Notes under the pieces: generated by a model
What the model was told of the DNA's origin: nothing
What the model saw: the letters and a program-made list of their open reading frames with translations, nothing else
Database searches by the model: none
Position numbers and translations under genes: made by a program
Shown here: positions 38,815-52,394 of the stretch, piece by piece
How positions within the stretch are numbered: position 1 is the stretch's first letter
Layout: each line of letters begins with the position of its first letter
DNA from: Mytilus californianus
Lineage: Eukaryota
NCBI RefSeq assembly: GCF_021869535.1
Contig: NW_026262723.1
Coordinates: forward strand, 80,042,001-80,106,000
DNA: 64,000 bases
Direction of reading: 5' to 3'

Positions 38815-38852
38815 GAGCGCCGCTGATGAGTCATATGAAGAAGAAACGCGTC
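38815..38852 (+). ncRNA. Degenerate hammerhead ribozyme motif (family H1)
   Basis: GAGCGCCG-CTGATGA-GTC-atatgaa-GAA-GAAA-CGCG-TC; core intact, stem II mismatched, 3' strand of stem I lost. Confidence 0.45.
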
Positions 38853-40744
38853 TAAATTATAAAACGTTTTATTTTTATTATTTTTGAGTTTGAGTTGATT
38901 TTATTCCCTTTATGACCAAAACAATCATTATTTATATAACTTTGCTATATAATCTTTCCATGTTCCTTGTGTGGATGGTTAACTTCTGTAAACAAAAATG
39001 CCAGAATTGAGATTTTTGGAGAAAAATGGTGATTTCTTTAAAACTTTGAATTTAAAATTAATAAAATATACTCGTATGTTATTGGCATGATATTGGCAAA
39101 CCTCAAGCCATAAGTCATGAATCTAGCTGAATATTTTTACTCCCAGGCCATTGATGGACATTTTAAAGCATTATTCGAAATGGAAGTGGTCCTTTAGTTT
39201 TTTTATCTAGTATATATAATTCTTAGGCTTTATCACCATACACTTGTTTTAAAACTCATTCGACATGCTGTTTTTATACATTCATGTACTATTGAATTTG
39301 AAAATTGAAAAAAGAAATCGTATTCCAAAGTATTTAACATATACTGAAAGATCACTGGGGTGTTTGCATCTAAAACATATATAAAAATATTCAATGTATG
39401 TAGTAATGGAGATGTGGGATAGCAACCCAACAATAATCTAAACAAATGACATATTAAGGTCAACATAAGTTCTTAATAATAGAAAATGTTCATGTACCTG
39501 TGTCTTGTATTATTTTTCACCCAAACATCATTACTAGTACCCTGTAACTTTCTTACCCCACCCCCGAAAAAAACCCAAATACATCTTTAGATCAATAAAT
39601 AAAGTGACAAATAGGCATGGCAGTCAGTTTTTAATCAAACGAAACTAATTTGAAAAATGTATATATATATCAGGATATGCAGATCCTTAGTTTGTATTGT
39701 CTGATTTTTTAGCTGTAGACATCTACACCGTATACCTATATGACCCTCTAATCCAAAATATTAAAAGGTTTTGCACATCATGAACTATTGGCAATACCCT
39801 GCCATTATTCATGTCAATATCATAAAGTTTATTACAAAATGGGAGGGTAATTTTGCATGTACTTTGTCGCTGATATTACATGTGCCGGTCATATGGTGAT
39901 GTTTCGATCAGACGTGCGATAATAACCGGAAGCAATTGATAATATCTCCATATTCATCCGCTATCGTTAATGATATAAATAGTTTATCATCCTGTTGAAT
40001 ATATCAAAGCAAATGATAATAAGTAAAAATCTTAAAGCTGGTTCGATACCGAAAAATGATTCAACTTGCGGGACTTTAATTAGAAACTAGAATAAAATAG
40101 AATATTTTAAGCATAACATTTAAAGAAATGGCATTAACAAAGCAAACAAATTTAAGAGATGTCATTGTGCTAGATAAACTCATTTACAGGGGTAATAAAC
40201 ACACCATTCTTACAAGAACCCCTTTATATTTAGTGATTGATATCAAACTTCAAATGGAATTATTTTTCATTTGTATATTTTCATTTCGTTTATAACTGTT
40301 ACAGTTTTTTTGCCCTGGTATGATATTACTGTATGCAAATTCATATGTAAGTAGAGAAGAATGCATTGTATGGTAACCGTGGTGGATTAGTTAACAATTT
40401 AAAATTATGGTACACAAAATTGTTTTTCTTAAAACACAATTGAACATAATTATCCTAGGTTACTTCGCTGAATCATTAAAGTGTCTGATTTGAAAAAGAT
40501 AATAAACATGTATCAGAGGCAGAAATTTTGGGCGGGCTCTAACCTCCTTGTGGACCTGCATATATAATTTATGCATAGACAAGTCCCATCACTTCAAACA
40601 TTGCCTTGTTAATATCACCCCCCCTTTTTATGTTAATATCCTTGATCTGCATCTGTATATCTTAAAATGTGGTAATCTAATGAAGAAATTTCTGTGCAAC
40701 CATTATAGCGGTTCTTGGTTTGATATACTTTATGATCACAATTT

Positions 40745-41210
40745 ATTCGTTCAGTGTATGTTCACTTGTTTTTGTTAATATGTCTTTTGATTGAGTTAAG
40801 CCATTTCAATTGATATTTTATAGTGTGTCTTTCTATGTTGAGATGTTACACTATTGGTTCATGTATGGTGAAGGTTGGCGCCTATCAAAACGTTTAAACC
40901 CGCTGCATTTGTTTGCACCTGTCCTAAGTTAGGAACCTGATGTTCAGTGGTTGTCGTTTGTTGATGTGGTTCATAAGTGTTTCTAGTTTATCGTTTTTTT
41001 TTATATAGATAAGACCGTTGGTTTTCCTGTTTGAATGGTTTTAGAAACATTTTTTTTATTTTTGGGGCCCTTTATAGCTTGCTGTTCGGTGTGAGCCAAG
41101 GCTCCGTGTTGAAGGCCGTACTTTGACCTATAATGGTTTACTTTTACAAATTGTGACTTGGATGGAGAGTTGTCTCATTGGCACTCAGACCACATCTTCT
41201 TATATCTATT
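40745..41210 (+). repeat. Dispersed repeat family B (Naiad 3' tail variant)
   Basis: Colinear with 25300-25765 (GAGTTAAGCC...GAAGGCCGTAC...GTTGTCTCATTGGCA...ACCACATCTTCTT). Confidence 0.75.
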
Positions 41211-43190
41211 TATATAATGTATGCATATAGACTCCATATTGAATAACATTGAGAACTTAGCCGGTGCAAATATGATTAGAAACTAAAAATATACTTTCCT
41301 GTTGTGGAGTATTTTAAGAAAAGTAATACCCCGATCCCGAGGCTCTACGCTAGGTGTTGGATACACCAGCTTTTTAGGAATTCTAAAAAATGTTTTATAT
41401 AATTTAACTGGCATTTCGACATTGTCCTTTGCCGTGATTTTTCAATCGTTGAAAGTTGTCTTCATTGGAGGTTTATTACGTATACCTTATTATGGTAAAT
41501 TTTATAACCATATCTTACAGCACTATATACCACGTGCTCTTTTGTATGAGGTAAGAAGGTATGGTTTGTCGTAAAGGAGACAGCAATCCAAAAACCAAGT
41601 TACGGAATCCAATAAAAAAAACAATATGAAATGTTTTAACAACAATTGGCCTTAGTGAACTAGGAGGCCCTGTTTAAAACCACACCGAATTTTAAATCCT
41701 TGACGAATTAGGTTATGAATTAAAAACTAAATCGAAGACATAAAATGAACATAATTTTATGTTGACTCTTGATGTGTTTTTGTTTTGTTTCTGGTTGGTA
41801 ACTTATTGATGTATAAACCCTAACTTATTTAAAGAATTTAAACTTTTCACAAATCGACTGTTATTGGATTGATGTCTCATTTAAGTTTTTCCGTTTATTT
41901 GGGTTTTTTTTCATTTATAAAAAAGCGCATAAGAAATATTCTATTCGCTCGTATGTGTATGTACATGTGGACTACTGTTTAATTTTCATTCTATGAAGTA
42001 TTTGAAATCTTGTGTTTAAATGACGTCTTCTTTTTTGGTTTTTAGTTTTAATTCGGTACCACATACTTGTGGTTTTTAACTATTAAATTACATCAAAAGA
42101 TTTGATAATTAATCACCTGACATCGGTCTAGAAGCCTATTATCGGTAAAGTACTATTTTATTTGATCGGAGTAAATACTATTAAGGAACCCTATACCCTC
42201 ACTTGGTACAATAGCAGAGCAAACAGACAACAGAAAATTAATCCTATCACAATATAGATATTTACACCTTCTTTAAACAGATTAAGTTGGGAAACACTCT
42301 TAAATATGGTTAAGTGCCACCATCTTTAGATCTAAAACACGGGATGAGCATATCTAGGGAATTAAACAGTAACTTGAGAAGATAGAATCCTGTTATTTGC
42401 CACTTATTTCACTTAAAGCTTGATTACTACAAACAAAGTAATATTTGATTAGTACCAATTATGTCTTTTTGGTCGCATAATTTTGTTTATTTAAGAAGTA
42501 TTCTCGTCAAATATCAACATATAATTGTTTTAAACCTCACACGCTGCCGTTCAAAGCCCTATTTACTGTTAGATGTGCAAATTAATAATTTATTATATTT
42601 AAAAAAATATATTTTAAGTATATCTGCATAGGCAGAGGATGAATACTAAAATAGCTTAAAATTATTGGAAGAAATTAATCTCGCACCTTGCAAGTTCTAA
42701 AGTTGTAAGTACTATTATTATTATTATTATTATGTAACAATTAAATCATGCGTGCGCTTGTATTTTATTGATGTTGAACACCTCTAGAAGGTATATTGAT
42801 TTTGTGTGTTTTAAAATACTTTCACTAAACTTTACCATTTTGCTTCTTCCTTTATTATTTCCTCTTTCTGGGGGAAAAAGCGGGCTGTCATTACGTGCTT
42901 AAATTTAAATGTCAAAAATAATCGTTGGAATTATATTATATATTTACGTTTGATGCGCTTAAAGCACTCTTATAAATGTATACACTTAATTTTCACCGGC
43001 TTCTAAATAGTAGGAGAGTTCGAGAATGAAGTGTGTTTTCTTCATATATATCTAGATATTTTACGTTATAAATCATGTGTATATGACCAGGGAGTGTACA
43101 ATACGTAATGCGGCTAATATCAGGAATGTTGGTTATATTGAAACAAATTATAAAACAAATAAACATGTGCTTCTTCTATTATTTTAGAAT

Positions 43191-43350
43191 ATGCAACGAT
43201 TCGGAGACTTGACACAGCATGCCTCTACATTTATCAGGATGCCACATGGAACTTATCCACCACACCCGTTCTTCCCTGCTCCAATACCAAACCTTTCTCC
43301 ACAGTATCCTCACTCATTTCCTACCATGTCTATAGCAGAAAGATTAGCGG
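43191..43350 (+). CDS. DMBX1: DMBX1 coding exon 1
   Basis: Acceptor AG 43186-43187, ATG 43191, GT 43351; ends ...MSIAERLA, the Dmbx-specific (L/I)AERLA motif. Confidence 0.88.
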
Positions 43351-44584
43351 GTAAAGTACAATGTTTTTATTTTTATATCAAAATATATGTTGAAATAATG
43401 TTAAAATGATTGCTTGTTAGTAGATCTTTCAAATTACACATTTATGATTTCACATTAACAGCATAAGATTAGGAGTGTACTGCAGTACAAATATTAAAAA
43501 TGACTGCAAAAATTGAGGACAATTTAAATTGGATTATCTTTTTTATTTTCAAATTTCAAATTCGTATATGAAATTACTAAATGCTAAAAGGAGTTAAAAA
43601 AAACTAAGTCAAGTAATGTAGCTTGGTTTACAGTTTTCATGGACCCATTGTGTAAGCCTTCGACCAACTCTATTTTCTATTGTAGAAATTTGTTGAGCTA
43701 TGCTGATTAGTTTTTTTTCCCAACCCTGTTTTATTTAGGTTCGATATATTGCATTATTAACTTTAATATGTTCACTGATGTACTATAACTGTTGTTATAA
43801 TCACTGGTTCCTTAATGGAAAAATAGAAAGCAATACCATAAATACGAATTGCATGCCCTTATTTTCATTTAAGAACATTTTGTTTGTATATTGTTATTTT
43901 TTTTCCAACCTAGTTTCAAATATTTTTTTATATGTTTTTGGTTTTTAGTCATGATAGTACCTTTACTGGTTGGAAATTGAAGTTTATACATTAATCTAAA
44001 TCGGGTGATTTAAGGGACACTCGGAAATCATTTATTTCCGATAAATGAAAAATGAGGATAACACATTACACATGAAGTACACGCTACCTTCAAGAAAACA
44101 ATATTTCGATATTTTCACACAAATATTTCCACTCTCAATGATAAAACACCAAAATGAATTAGTTTACCCTATGATTACTAGTATTTTATATCATTAAAAT
44201 GAAAATCACATTTTATCGATTTAAAATTCATTGTATTCAAATGTGCATCTACTCATGGAAGTAATATTACTTCCATGATCTACTTAAAGAACTTTTTAAT
44301 TCTGTCATATTTAAACAAATTAAACAGTTGAATAATATTTCTGAACTTCAAATAAAGTTACAAATGTCAAGTCAAGCAGAAACTTCTTATCATCATGGGG
44401 CACATGCGTTAAGGCCGAGTTTTCATTATCTCTTGATTCAATGTTGTACAATATTTAGTGTTAATGTGTAGTGTTTTAATTTATTCTTATTGTCTTTTCA
44501 TCATCTTTTTTACCACGATATCCTGTCATTTGTGATTTTGATTGCTTTTTTAATACTCCCTTACTTTTTGAAAATCTATGATTT

Positions 44585-44745
44585 ATTGATTGATTTGTTG
44601 GTGATAAATGCCCTTTCAGCACTATTGGCTATATGATGGCGGCAAGTTTTTAATAGCGGAAGAAGCCGGAGAGAACCACCGACCTTCGGCAGGAAAACTG
44701 GCAATCCTAGTCAATAAAGATTAGAGTTAGAGAATCTACTACATC
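44585..44745 (-). mobile_element. V-domain SINE 3' fragment in DMBX1 intron 1
   Basis: Homologous to 16560-16678, with a (CAAT)n-like tail. Confidence 0.65.
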
Positions 44746-44916
44746 ACCCGTGTATTTTTTCGTCAACTTAAGGAATGCTATATCACATGAATAGCAATGT
44801 GGCAATTACATTTATTATGCATCATAATAATTAATATGTGCAGCGACTATTATATGATCACCCGTAAAAAAGTGTCAATTACATTTGTTATGAATTATAA
44901 AAATTAATTTTTGCAG

Positions 44917-45095
44917 CTGACCTATTATTTGAGGCTAGATTTGGTCAGCATAGAAAACAAAGACGAAGCCGAACAGCTTTTACCAACCATCAGTTAGCAA
45001 CTTTGGAAAAGACGTTTTCTAAAACACACTATCCAGACGTTGTTATGAGAGAAAGACTGGCTATGATGACAAATTTACCGGAAGCTAGAATTCAG
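44917..45095 (+). CDS. DMBX1: DMBX1 exon 2 (homeodomain N-part)
   Basis: [60 protein letters not shown]; AG 44915-44916 / GTAAG 45096. Confidence 0.96.
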
Positions 45096-45186
45096 GTAAG
45101 TTCTATGATGACAAATTGAACGGAAGCTAGAATTCAGGAAAGTTCTATGATGACAAATTTACCGGAAACTAGAATTCAGGTAAGTG
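45061..45186 (+). repeat. 3 x 42-bp tandem repeat spanning the exon 2 end and donor site
   Basis: Units 45061-45102, 45103-45144 and 45145-45186 of CTATGATGACAAATTTACCGGAAGCTAGAATTCAGGTAAGTT. Confidence 0.95.
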
Positions 45187-45571
45187 CATGAATAAAAAAT
45201 ATTTTAATCTGACAACTCTTTTAAAATATTCATTTTGCTAAAACAAACAAAGTTACTGTACAGAGTTTACCGTTATTGTATGTGTAACATTTCTACATGT
45301 CTTTTTCTATTTAAATTTCGTCTGGTTGTTAATCAAAATGTTAGAAAACCTCTGTTAAGGACGAATTACTATCAAACAAGTATAAATAGTATTCTACATG
45401 ATCATGGTAGTTTTTGGCCATTTGTATAAAAATCGAGTAATTTTACAATTACTGAATGGAGTTGAATACTGTTGTGAACTTGTTGTTTATAACATATTGT
45501 AACTTTTCAAAGAAATATAATTCAGGTAATCCGATTTCAATAAAATAGTAAATAGTCTTAATATCTCATAG

Positions 45572-45785
45572 GTATGGTTTAAAAATCGAAGAGCTAAATA
45601 TAGGAAGAAACAGAAAGGTCGTAGTTCTGACAACCCTAGTGAAAATGATAAAGAGAAAGCCAAAAATGACAATTTGAACGATGATAGACCTACAGATGAG
45701 CAAATTATTGATGTTGTAGAGGAAGATTTTCTTAGTTCTGATTCACCAAAAACAGAATCTCAAACACCAGAGGAAAAAGGGGAAG
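45572..45785 (+). CDS. DMBX1: DMBX1 exon 3 (helix 3, K50)
   Basis: VWFKNRRAKYRKKQK followed by an acidic linker; AG 45570-45571 / GT 45786. Confidence 0.95.
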
Positions 45786-47228
45786 GTAAATATGTTTCCT
45801 AATTACGAAAATAAATCAAACAATCAACACCGGAAAGAACCTTGTAAAAACATGTAACCAGTAAACTGTTGGAAAAACGTCCATTCTGGCGAGTTGTTTA
45901 GTAATTTGACTAGTGTTAGAATTTTGCATTCAAAATAAGCATAATTTAATTTAACAAAAACAAAATAGATGTTGTGTAGCTTCCTATGTTTAATTAGAAT
46001 ATCTTGAATATTCTTGAAAGAGTAATAAAACGGAAATTTTCCGTAGTAATGGTAAGAATGAGAACATGTTCTGCATCCATTCACTTTATCAAATATATGT
46101 GTAGGAGTATCGTATAGGATCCTAAGATACGTTTACGTTACTGTCACAAATTATCTCATCTCGGTCGTTTTTTCCAACACGTTTCCATCACTTTTCAATG
46201 TTTTAGAATTATTATTTCTTATACTTATACTCTTTCAACTATTCATACTCTCATTTAAGAATTAAAAGCTTCTTTATGTATTAGATACATCTTGAGGGCG
46301 TTAGGCCGAATGGATGTATCTAATTTACACCAATATATTATAGTCAATGCAGAATGACAGTTTTCAATAATTTAGAAGGGGGGTCTTTCAGCGATTTCAC
46401 TATATGGTATTGAAAGCATGATAAATGCAGGATATCAAATTTCATTTAACGACACCGTGGTGTAATTTTGTAGGGTTGTAAAAGCGTTGATCGTGCGCGC
46501 AATTCTAGTATTAAAAGCTTCCGCGCTTCATACTAAAAGAGCTTCGGTCAACGCTTTTACAGCCCGATAAAATTAAAAAAAGAAGCTTAAATTACGACTT
46601 AAAGCTTATTTTTCGTTTGTATTTCTATACATTGTCGTGAAATGTAATGAGAAACATGTGCTGTTATGAATGATGCAGTTTTATTCAGAAATACAATTGA
46701 TATTGGAATGCCTCGCGATTGCATTCAGCCAATCAAAAGTTCGGATTCTTGTGAACCAAAAATGCAATGTAATTATTCAATTATAATAATTACATGACTT
46801 GATAATATATATTCACGTCATATTTTGATTTAAAACAATGCATGTTTCTATGGCTATTTTGAGAGACTTATTTAGGCAAGGAAAAAAAAATAGATTGTTA
46901 TAAAGATAACAGATTAATGACATCGACATAATTTCTAACAGACTGAAATCCATTGGTAAATGAAGCCGCAGTATTGAAACTTGAAAAATTACCCCGCTTA
47001 AAGTCAGTGCTTATCATGGATATTTTCACATATTTAAAGCCCGAAGCCCATGAATTTGTAGGAATATTAATCGCAGAAAAAAAAGTGAACAACCGTAACT
47101 GGAATTCTTGATTTGCTTTCATTGGTTTTTTATGAAAAATGTATCTGAGAATGTAAACATCGTAGATGAACTGACGACAAGAACACATTTTCTCAATGTG
47201 AAAAAGACATAATTCTTTTTTATTTTAG

Positions 47229-47300
47229 GTATTAATCTTGAAGCATTGAAACAAGATGATACAAGCAAAGAATGTGATATGGAATTAGAACGGGATAGAG
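47229..47300 (+). CDS. DMBX1: DMBX1 exon 4 (72 bp, phase 1-1)
   Basis: ttttAG 47227-47228 / GTAAT 47301; open frame GINLEALKQDDTSKECDMELERDR. Confidence 0.7.
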
Positions 47301-47775
47301 GTAATAAGCAATAAAAAAATTGTCATCGAAGTGATATCTGTACGACTGAAGAAACCCATTTTCTGTGAAAAATTTCTTTGTTGAATATTTGTTCACTTGC
47401 AGGTTAATCACTTGTAAAGTTAATAAACAACGAATTGATTATAAAAAAAAAAAAACACCACGACTTTTTGAAGTTTCCTGCTCTAATTATTAAACGATAC
47501 GAATTGATTGATATAAATTACGCTTGACGCTCTTTAGCAACTTAAAAAGTGCATATTTTGGACGTTAATATTATAATGTAATTCAATAGATACATCTTTT
47601 TTTTGTACTATACAATCACTATGAGTCACTTTTCTAATAGTTAAAACTAAAAAAATACATAAAAATGTTTTGATTTGCAGATATGATATGCACAAAATTA
47701 ATGAAATTAACGAACCCCCTTAGGATATGTGCACTTGAGTATATCAACACTATGAACTTATTTTTATTTTTACAG

Positions 47776-48077
47776 AAAAAGTGGAAGAAAATAATGGTCA
47801 GCTTCAGTTACCTCCCTTTTCTGTGTTTAACTGGAACAATCATCTTCTTAATAACACACTGTATCACAAACAACTAGAACTACAACGCTCGGTCACATAC
47901 AGTTCAGCGTTTCCCCTAGCACCAATGATGACTCCACATTATCCATATCATCTAGGACCTCATTTAGCGACGTCGTCATATATGCCTTTATCACAGACAG
48001 ATAGTTTTAGAACCTCGCATGCAAACACACATACCAGAGAAATGGCTGGAGACTTTAGAATTTCAGACAGAATTTAA
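47776..48077 (+). CDS. DMBX1: DMBX1 terminal coding exon
   Basis: Strong polypyrimidine tract with cAG 47774-47775; P/H/S-rich ORF to TAA 48075-48077; the joined CDS is 927 nt (308 aa). Confidence 0.72.
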
Positions 48078-48555
48078 CAAGTCCACACATTTATACAGAG
48101 TCTCGACTAATGGATTTTTTTATCCAGTTAAAATATAGATAGTAGATCAAATTTACTCTTCTTGTAATATTAAATTCAGCATGAACTTATTCTTGTCTTT
48201 AAACATAATAGAACATATACATTTTAAAAATATGTTGTCTTATTTATCTTTAACATTTATACTTGAAGTTAAATTGTGAAATCATCACTTAAATCAACAC
48301 TACAAAAAGTACTGGTTCGTTCCTTTTTATTAAATTAACTGTTAACAAACTGTTTGAATTATTCGAAACACCAAGGATTTTCTACCCGAAGAATGGATTA
48401 CCCTACCTGTATTTGGAAAAACGTTTTGGGGCGGAATTTTTGGATCTCAATGCTTCAATTTCATAATTGATTTGGCCTTCCAATGTTTCTGATTCAAGCA
48501 TCAGTGTAGACAAATCGCGAGCCTGGCGTACAAAATTATAAGCCTTGCATAATAA

Positions 48556-48945
48556 GTTTTAAAATAATCCCTACGTAAATTGTACGAACGCTATCACGAA
48601 TTGGTTGACCGTTATGGAATATCTGTTTCACAGATGACGACGGATATGTTCTAATTGTCGTAACTACATTTTCGTCCCCTTTCCCCTGAATGTGACCTAC
48701 CGAATTAGACATATCACCGGGTTTATACTTACATGAGCAACACGAGTGGAGCAGGATCTGCCTACCCTTCTGGAGCACCTGAGATCACCCCCAGTTTTTA
48801 GTGGGGTTCGTGTTGCTCAGTCTTTGGTTTTCTATGTTGTTTTGTGTACTGTTGTTTGTCTTTTTCTTTTTTAGCCATGGCGTTGTTATTTTTTTTTATT
48901 TATGAGTTTAAATGACCATTTGGTATCCTTCGCCTTTCTTTTACG
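48556..48945 (+). mobile_element. Naiad-type element 3' end
   Basis: Matches 32020-32410 (LRKxYxRxHELVDRYG...GAGCAGGATCTGCCTACCCTTC). Confidence 0.8.
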
Positions 48946-51900
48946 TAAATATCTTATCTAAAATGTTCAAGTTTCAAAATTCCTTAACTATTTATTATAA
49001 GCAGTAGCAAAAGAAAGTTGTTGTTTGCTTAATTCTAATTCATATTACAATTATATCGTATGATAGCAATTCGAGTGCAAATAACATTCGTTTTCCCAAT
49101 ACTTTTATCAGGTACGCCCGAGACAAAAGAAATTCCAACAACAAAATGCATAAAACATTTAGGACAGTTAAACACATTAAGTGACTGAACAGAACAGCTA
49201 AATTTGTCCACGCATCATTCCGCTTTTTATATCCCGCTTTAAACTTGGTCTCTGAATCAAAATATATAATGCTAAAAATAAATTGACAAAAACAAAACAT
49301 CAACGTTTTTAAAATGCAAATTTGAAAGGGTAAATAACACTCATCGTCTAACTATAAGATAACATAATCCCAAATAATAAATACCGGTAGTTTGTGTTTG
49401 AGAGTTTTTTCCTGTGCCGTTTTCTAGATATCAGTGTACATTTCCCCTAAAATATATTCTGAAATAGACTTATTCATTTATATTTCTTTTCTATACATGG
49501 TAACATGTAACGTCTTTACGTTGTGTCTGAAAATGAAAGGTCAAAGAATTTCTAAGCTTCATTGGTCTTTCCCTTTTGTTTCCAGGTGGAAACTCCAAAC
49601 AATTTTCACAACTTGTCGTTATCGTAAGTTAAACAGTTGTATTTTAGGAACTTGCCATCTAGATATCTTTTGGTTAAGTGTTGTCATTGGGTTGCTATAA
49701 CAATGACGTATGCCCCACATCTTCTTTTATTCATATCCGTTAGAGTACGGAGTATATGTTGTACTAAAAGAGAAAAAAAGTGATATATGATTTTTTTTAG
49801 ATTGCGTTAACATATAATTATCGGCCCACTGACTTTTAAGTTTTATATTTTTCTTTATTTACTATTGTATATATATTAAAGTACCCCTTTTTAATTGGTT
49901 AGAATATAGATATAATATAAGACCGTTACTATGCTTTTCTAAGTAAGAATAACTGGTACATGTATTTTATTAAGCTCCCATTTAAGCCTTTACATTACTA
50001 GTATGTAAGTATATTTGTTCGGTATGGATTATAATCGTTCATCGTTTTGCCAAATAAAGTTTTAAATGATATATCTAAAATGTAATATGTCCTATAATAA
50101 ACATAACTGTAAGTATTATTTAAATTATGGAAACAAAAACATGTCAGTAACTCTCAATTTTTGACTGAAAAGTATCGATATTATACCATTTACGTAACAA
50201 AGTTAGCCTCTTTAAATCAAATTTCTTCAAGCATTGTCAGCCATTATCTAAAAATCCCTGATTACCAAGGACTTAATATGGCGCGAGGTTCACGAGTGTC
50301 TCAATTTTGAAAGCATGTGACTTTTTTGAAACATTTGAAAAGCAAACAAGTCAAAAGATTAAGGTATATTAAACACTCATATCGTACTTAGACTGCAAGT
50401 TAAATGCAATTGTTTATTTTTTGCAATACAAGTGTGGCTGTTCGTGCACATTGAAAATAATAATTATTCAAGTAAAAAAAGTTAAACTAACTTATTAATT
50501 TTAATCGTGATCATTTAAATTAATATTACTGTCACTTGAAATTTTCGTTTAACGCGTTTTTTCGCTGCCTTATGTAAAGTATTTATTTATATAAAAGTAG
50601 AAATGTTGCAAATAAAAAATTATTTCATAGTAAAATACTACTCAAAATTACAACACCAATCAGTAGATGGATTTTTTTTTAAAAGAATACATTCTTTCAT
50701 CAAGTAGGTGTAATAAATTCTTAACTAGGCAACGCTTTCGGTCGTATTAGAATACGCCCTGTTTCAGTCGATATCAAAAGTACAACTACAAACAAATATA
50801 TTTGCTTAAGGGTAATAACTCTAAAATACTTTCAGCGTGATATTGCTATCTTGACGTTTTCAAGAAAATTTCTATTTAAAATTTCTGCAAAAATAGTTCT
50901 TAGATACTGATTATCGAACCCGATCTAGGCCTTGGTGATATAAACCTTTAATAAATCATTAATATATACCAGGGTCAAGGTCAGACTTGTAATTTTGAAA
51001 ACATCATGAAAAACGCTTAATATAATAAAAGGAAAACACAGGTTAGGAAGGAAGAATAGTCCATCGAAGCATTATTCAAGAAGGAAAATCACCGCACAAA
51101 GACAAGCCAAGGGACAAGAAAGACGCACAAACAATAAACACTTCACACTAAAAACTAAACACAAAAGAGAAACACTTAACCCCGTAAAAACTTGGGCGAC
51201 ATCAGGTTCTCCGGAGGGTATATAGGTCCTGCTTCTTGCAGGACAACTGCTGTGTTTTGTACGAAGATCATTTTTCGGGAACGGAGGAAAGGAATCTACG
51301 ACAGCTAAAGAAAGTCTGGTTAGGAAATAAGAAACTACATTATTTATTTACCGAAAATGCTCGGAAACTTTTACAGAAGGTTTCTGAAATTTAGTGTAAA
51401 TTGGGAACTACAGTATTGGTGTTTATAAAATACATAAACACATGACTGTATTATAATTGTTTATCCTTTACTTGCTTTTCTTTTGTACATTTAAGAGCTG
51501 ATCTCAGAGAAAACCATGGAAAATTTCAAAAAGATGGTCCAGAAGCAACTATTTAGATATGGTTTAGTATGTTGTTTGTTGGAAGCTCCAATGACTTGGC
51601 AATCTCTATGAAAGTGTTTTGATTTATATCTGTTTGTGCTGTTTTTAGAAACAGGTATTTCTATTCTTAGCAAATGAGAAATCCGAAAATCTTTGAAATT
51701 TTAATTTTCAAATTTCATAAAGTTGCACAAATTTTCGACTTATGAGTTTGAATGTCCCTCTGGTATCTTTCACCTCTCTTTTAAACTTGAAAAAAAAAAT
51801 GATTCCGTCATTATATAATGATACATTAAATATTAAAAGTATATGTTACAAATTAAAGAAAACTCATTACAATGTCTGGTGTATGAAAATAGGGATTCTG

Positions 51901-52394
51901 TCAATATTTTAAAGTTGTATCAGTTACGAGAAATACTTACAAGATGTGTTTTCTGAGACTTATATCTGTAAAAATAACACTTGAAATTTTAATATTTATT
52001 TGCTAGAAGGGATGATTATGTATTGAATTATTGATGTTTAATAGCTTTTGCTGTTGATTTGATTTTACTAGACTGTATTTTGAACGGTTAAAGTTAAGAC
52101 AAGTGATGCAAAATACATGAATTTCAAAGGATTTCTTTTAACACATTCAATGATATTAGCTTAATTTTCTTTGAAATTCATAAAAGTAATGTTTTTTTTC
52201 AGGAAAACAATTTGCCGTTACAATTTAACGGTTTGTGGTAAAACACATTTTTTATTAAATGAATAAATATATAATTGCTTTTCAATATAATTAAATGACA
52301 GTGAATGTTTAAAGGGTTCAGTGTTTGTTTGTTTGGTTTTTTTTTTACTTTCTTCATGGAAGACCCGTAGTGACATCACAACTACATGGAAACC

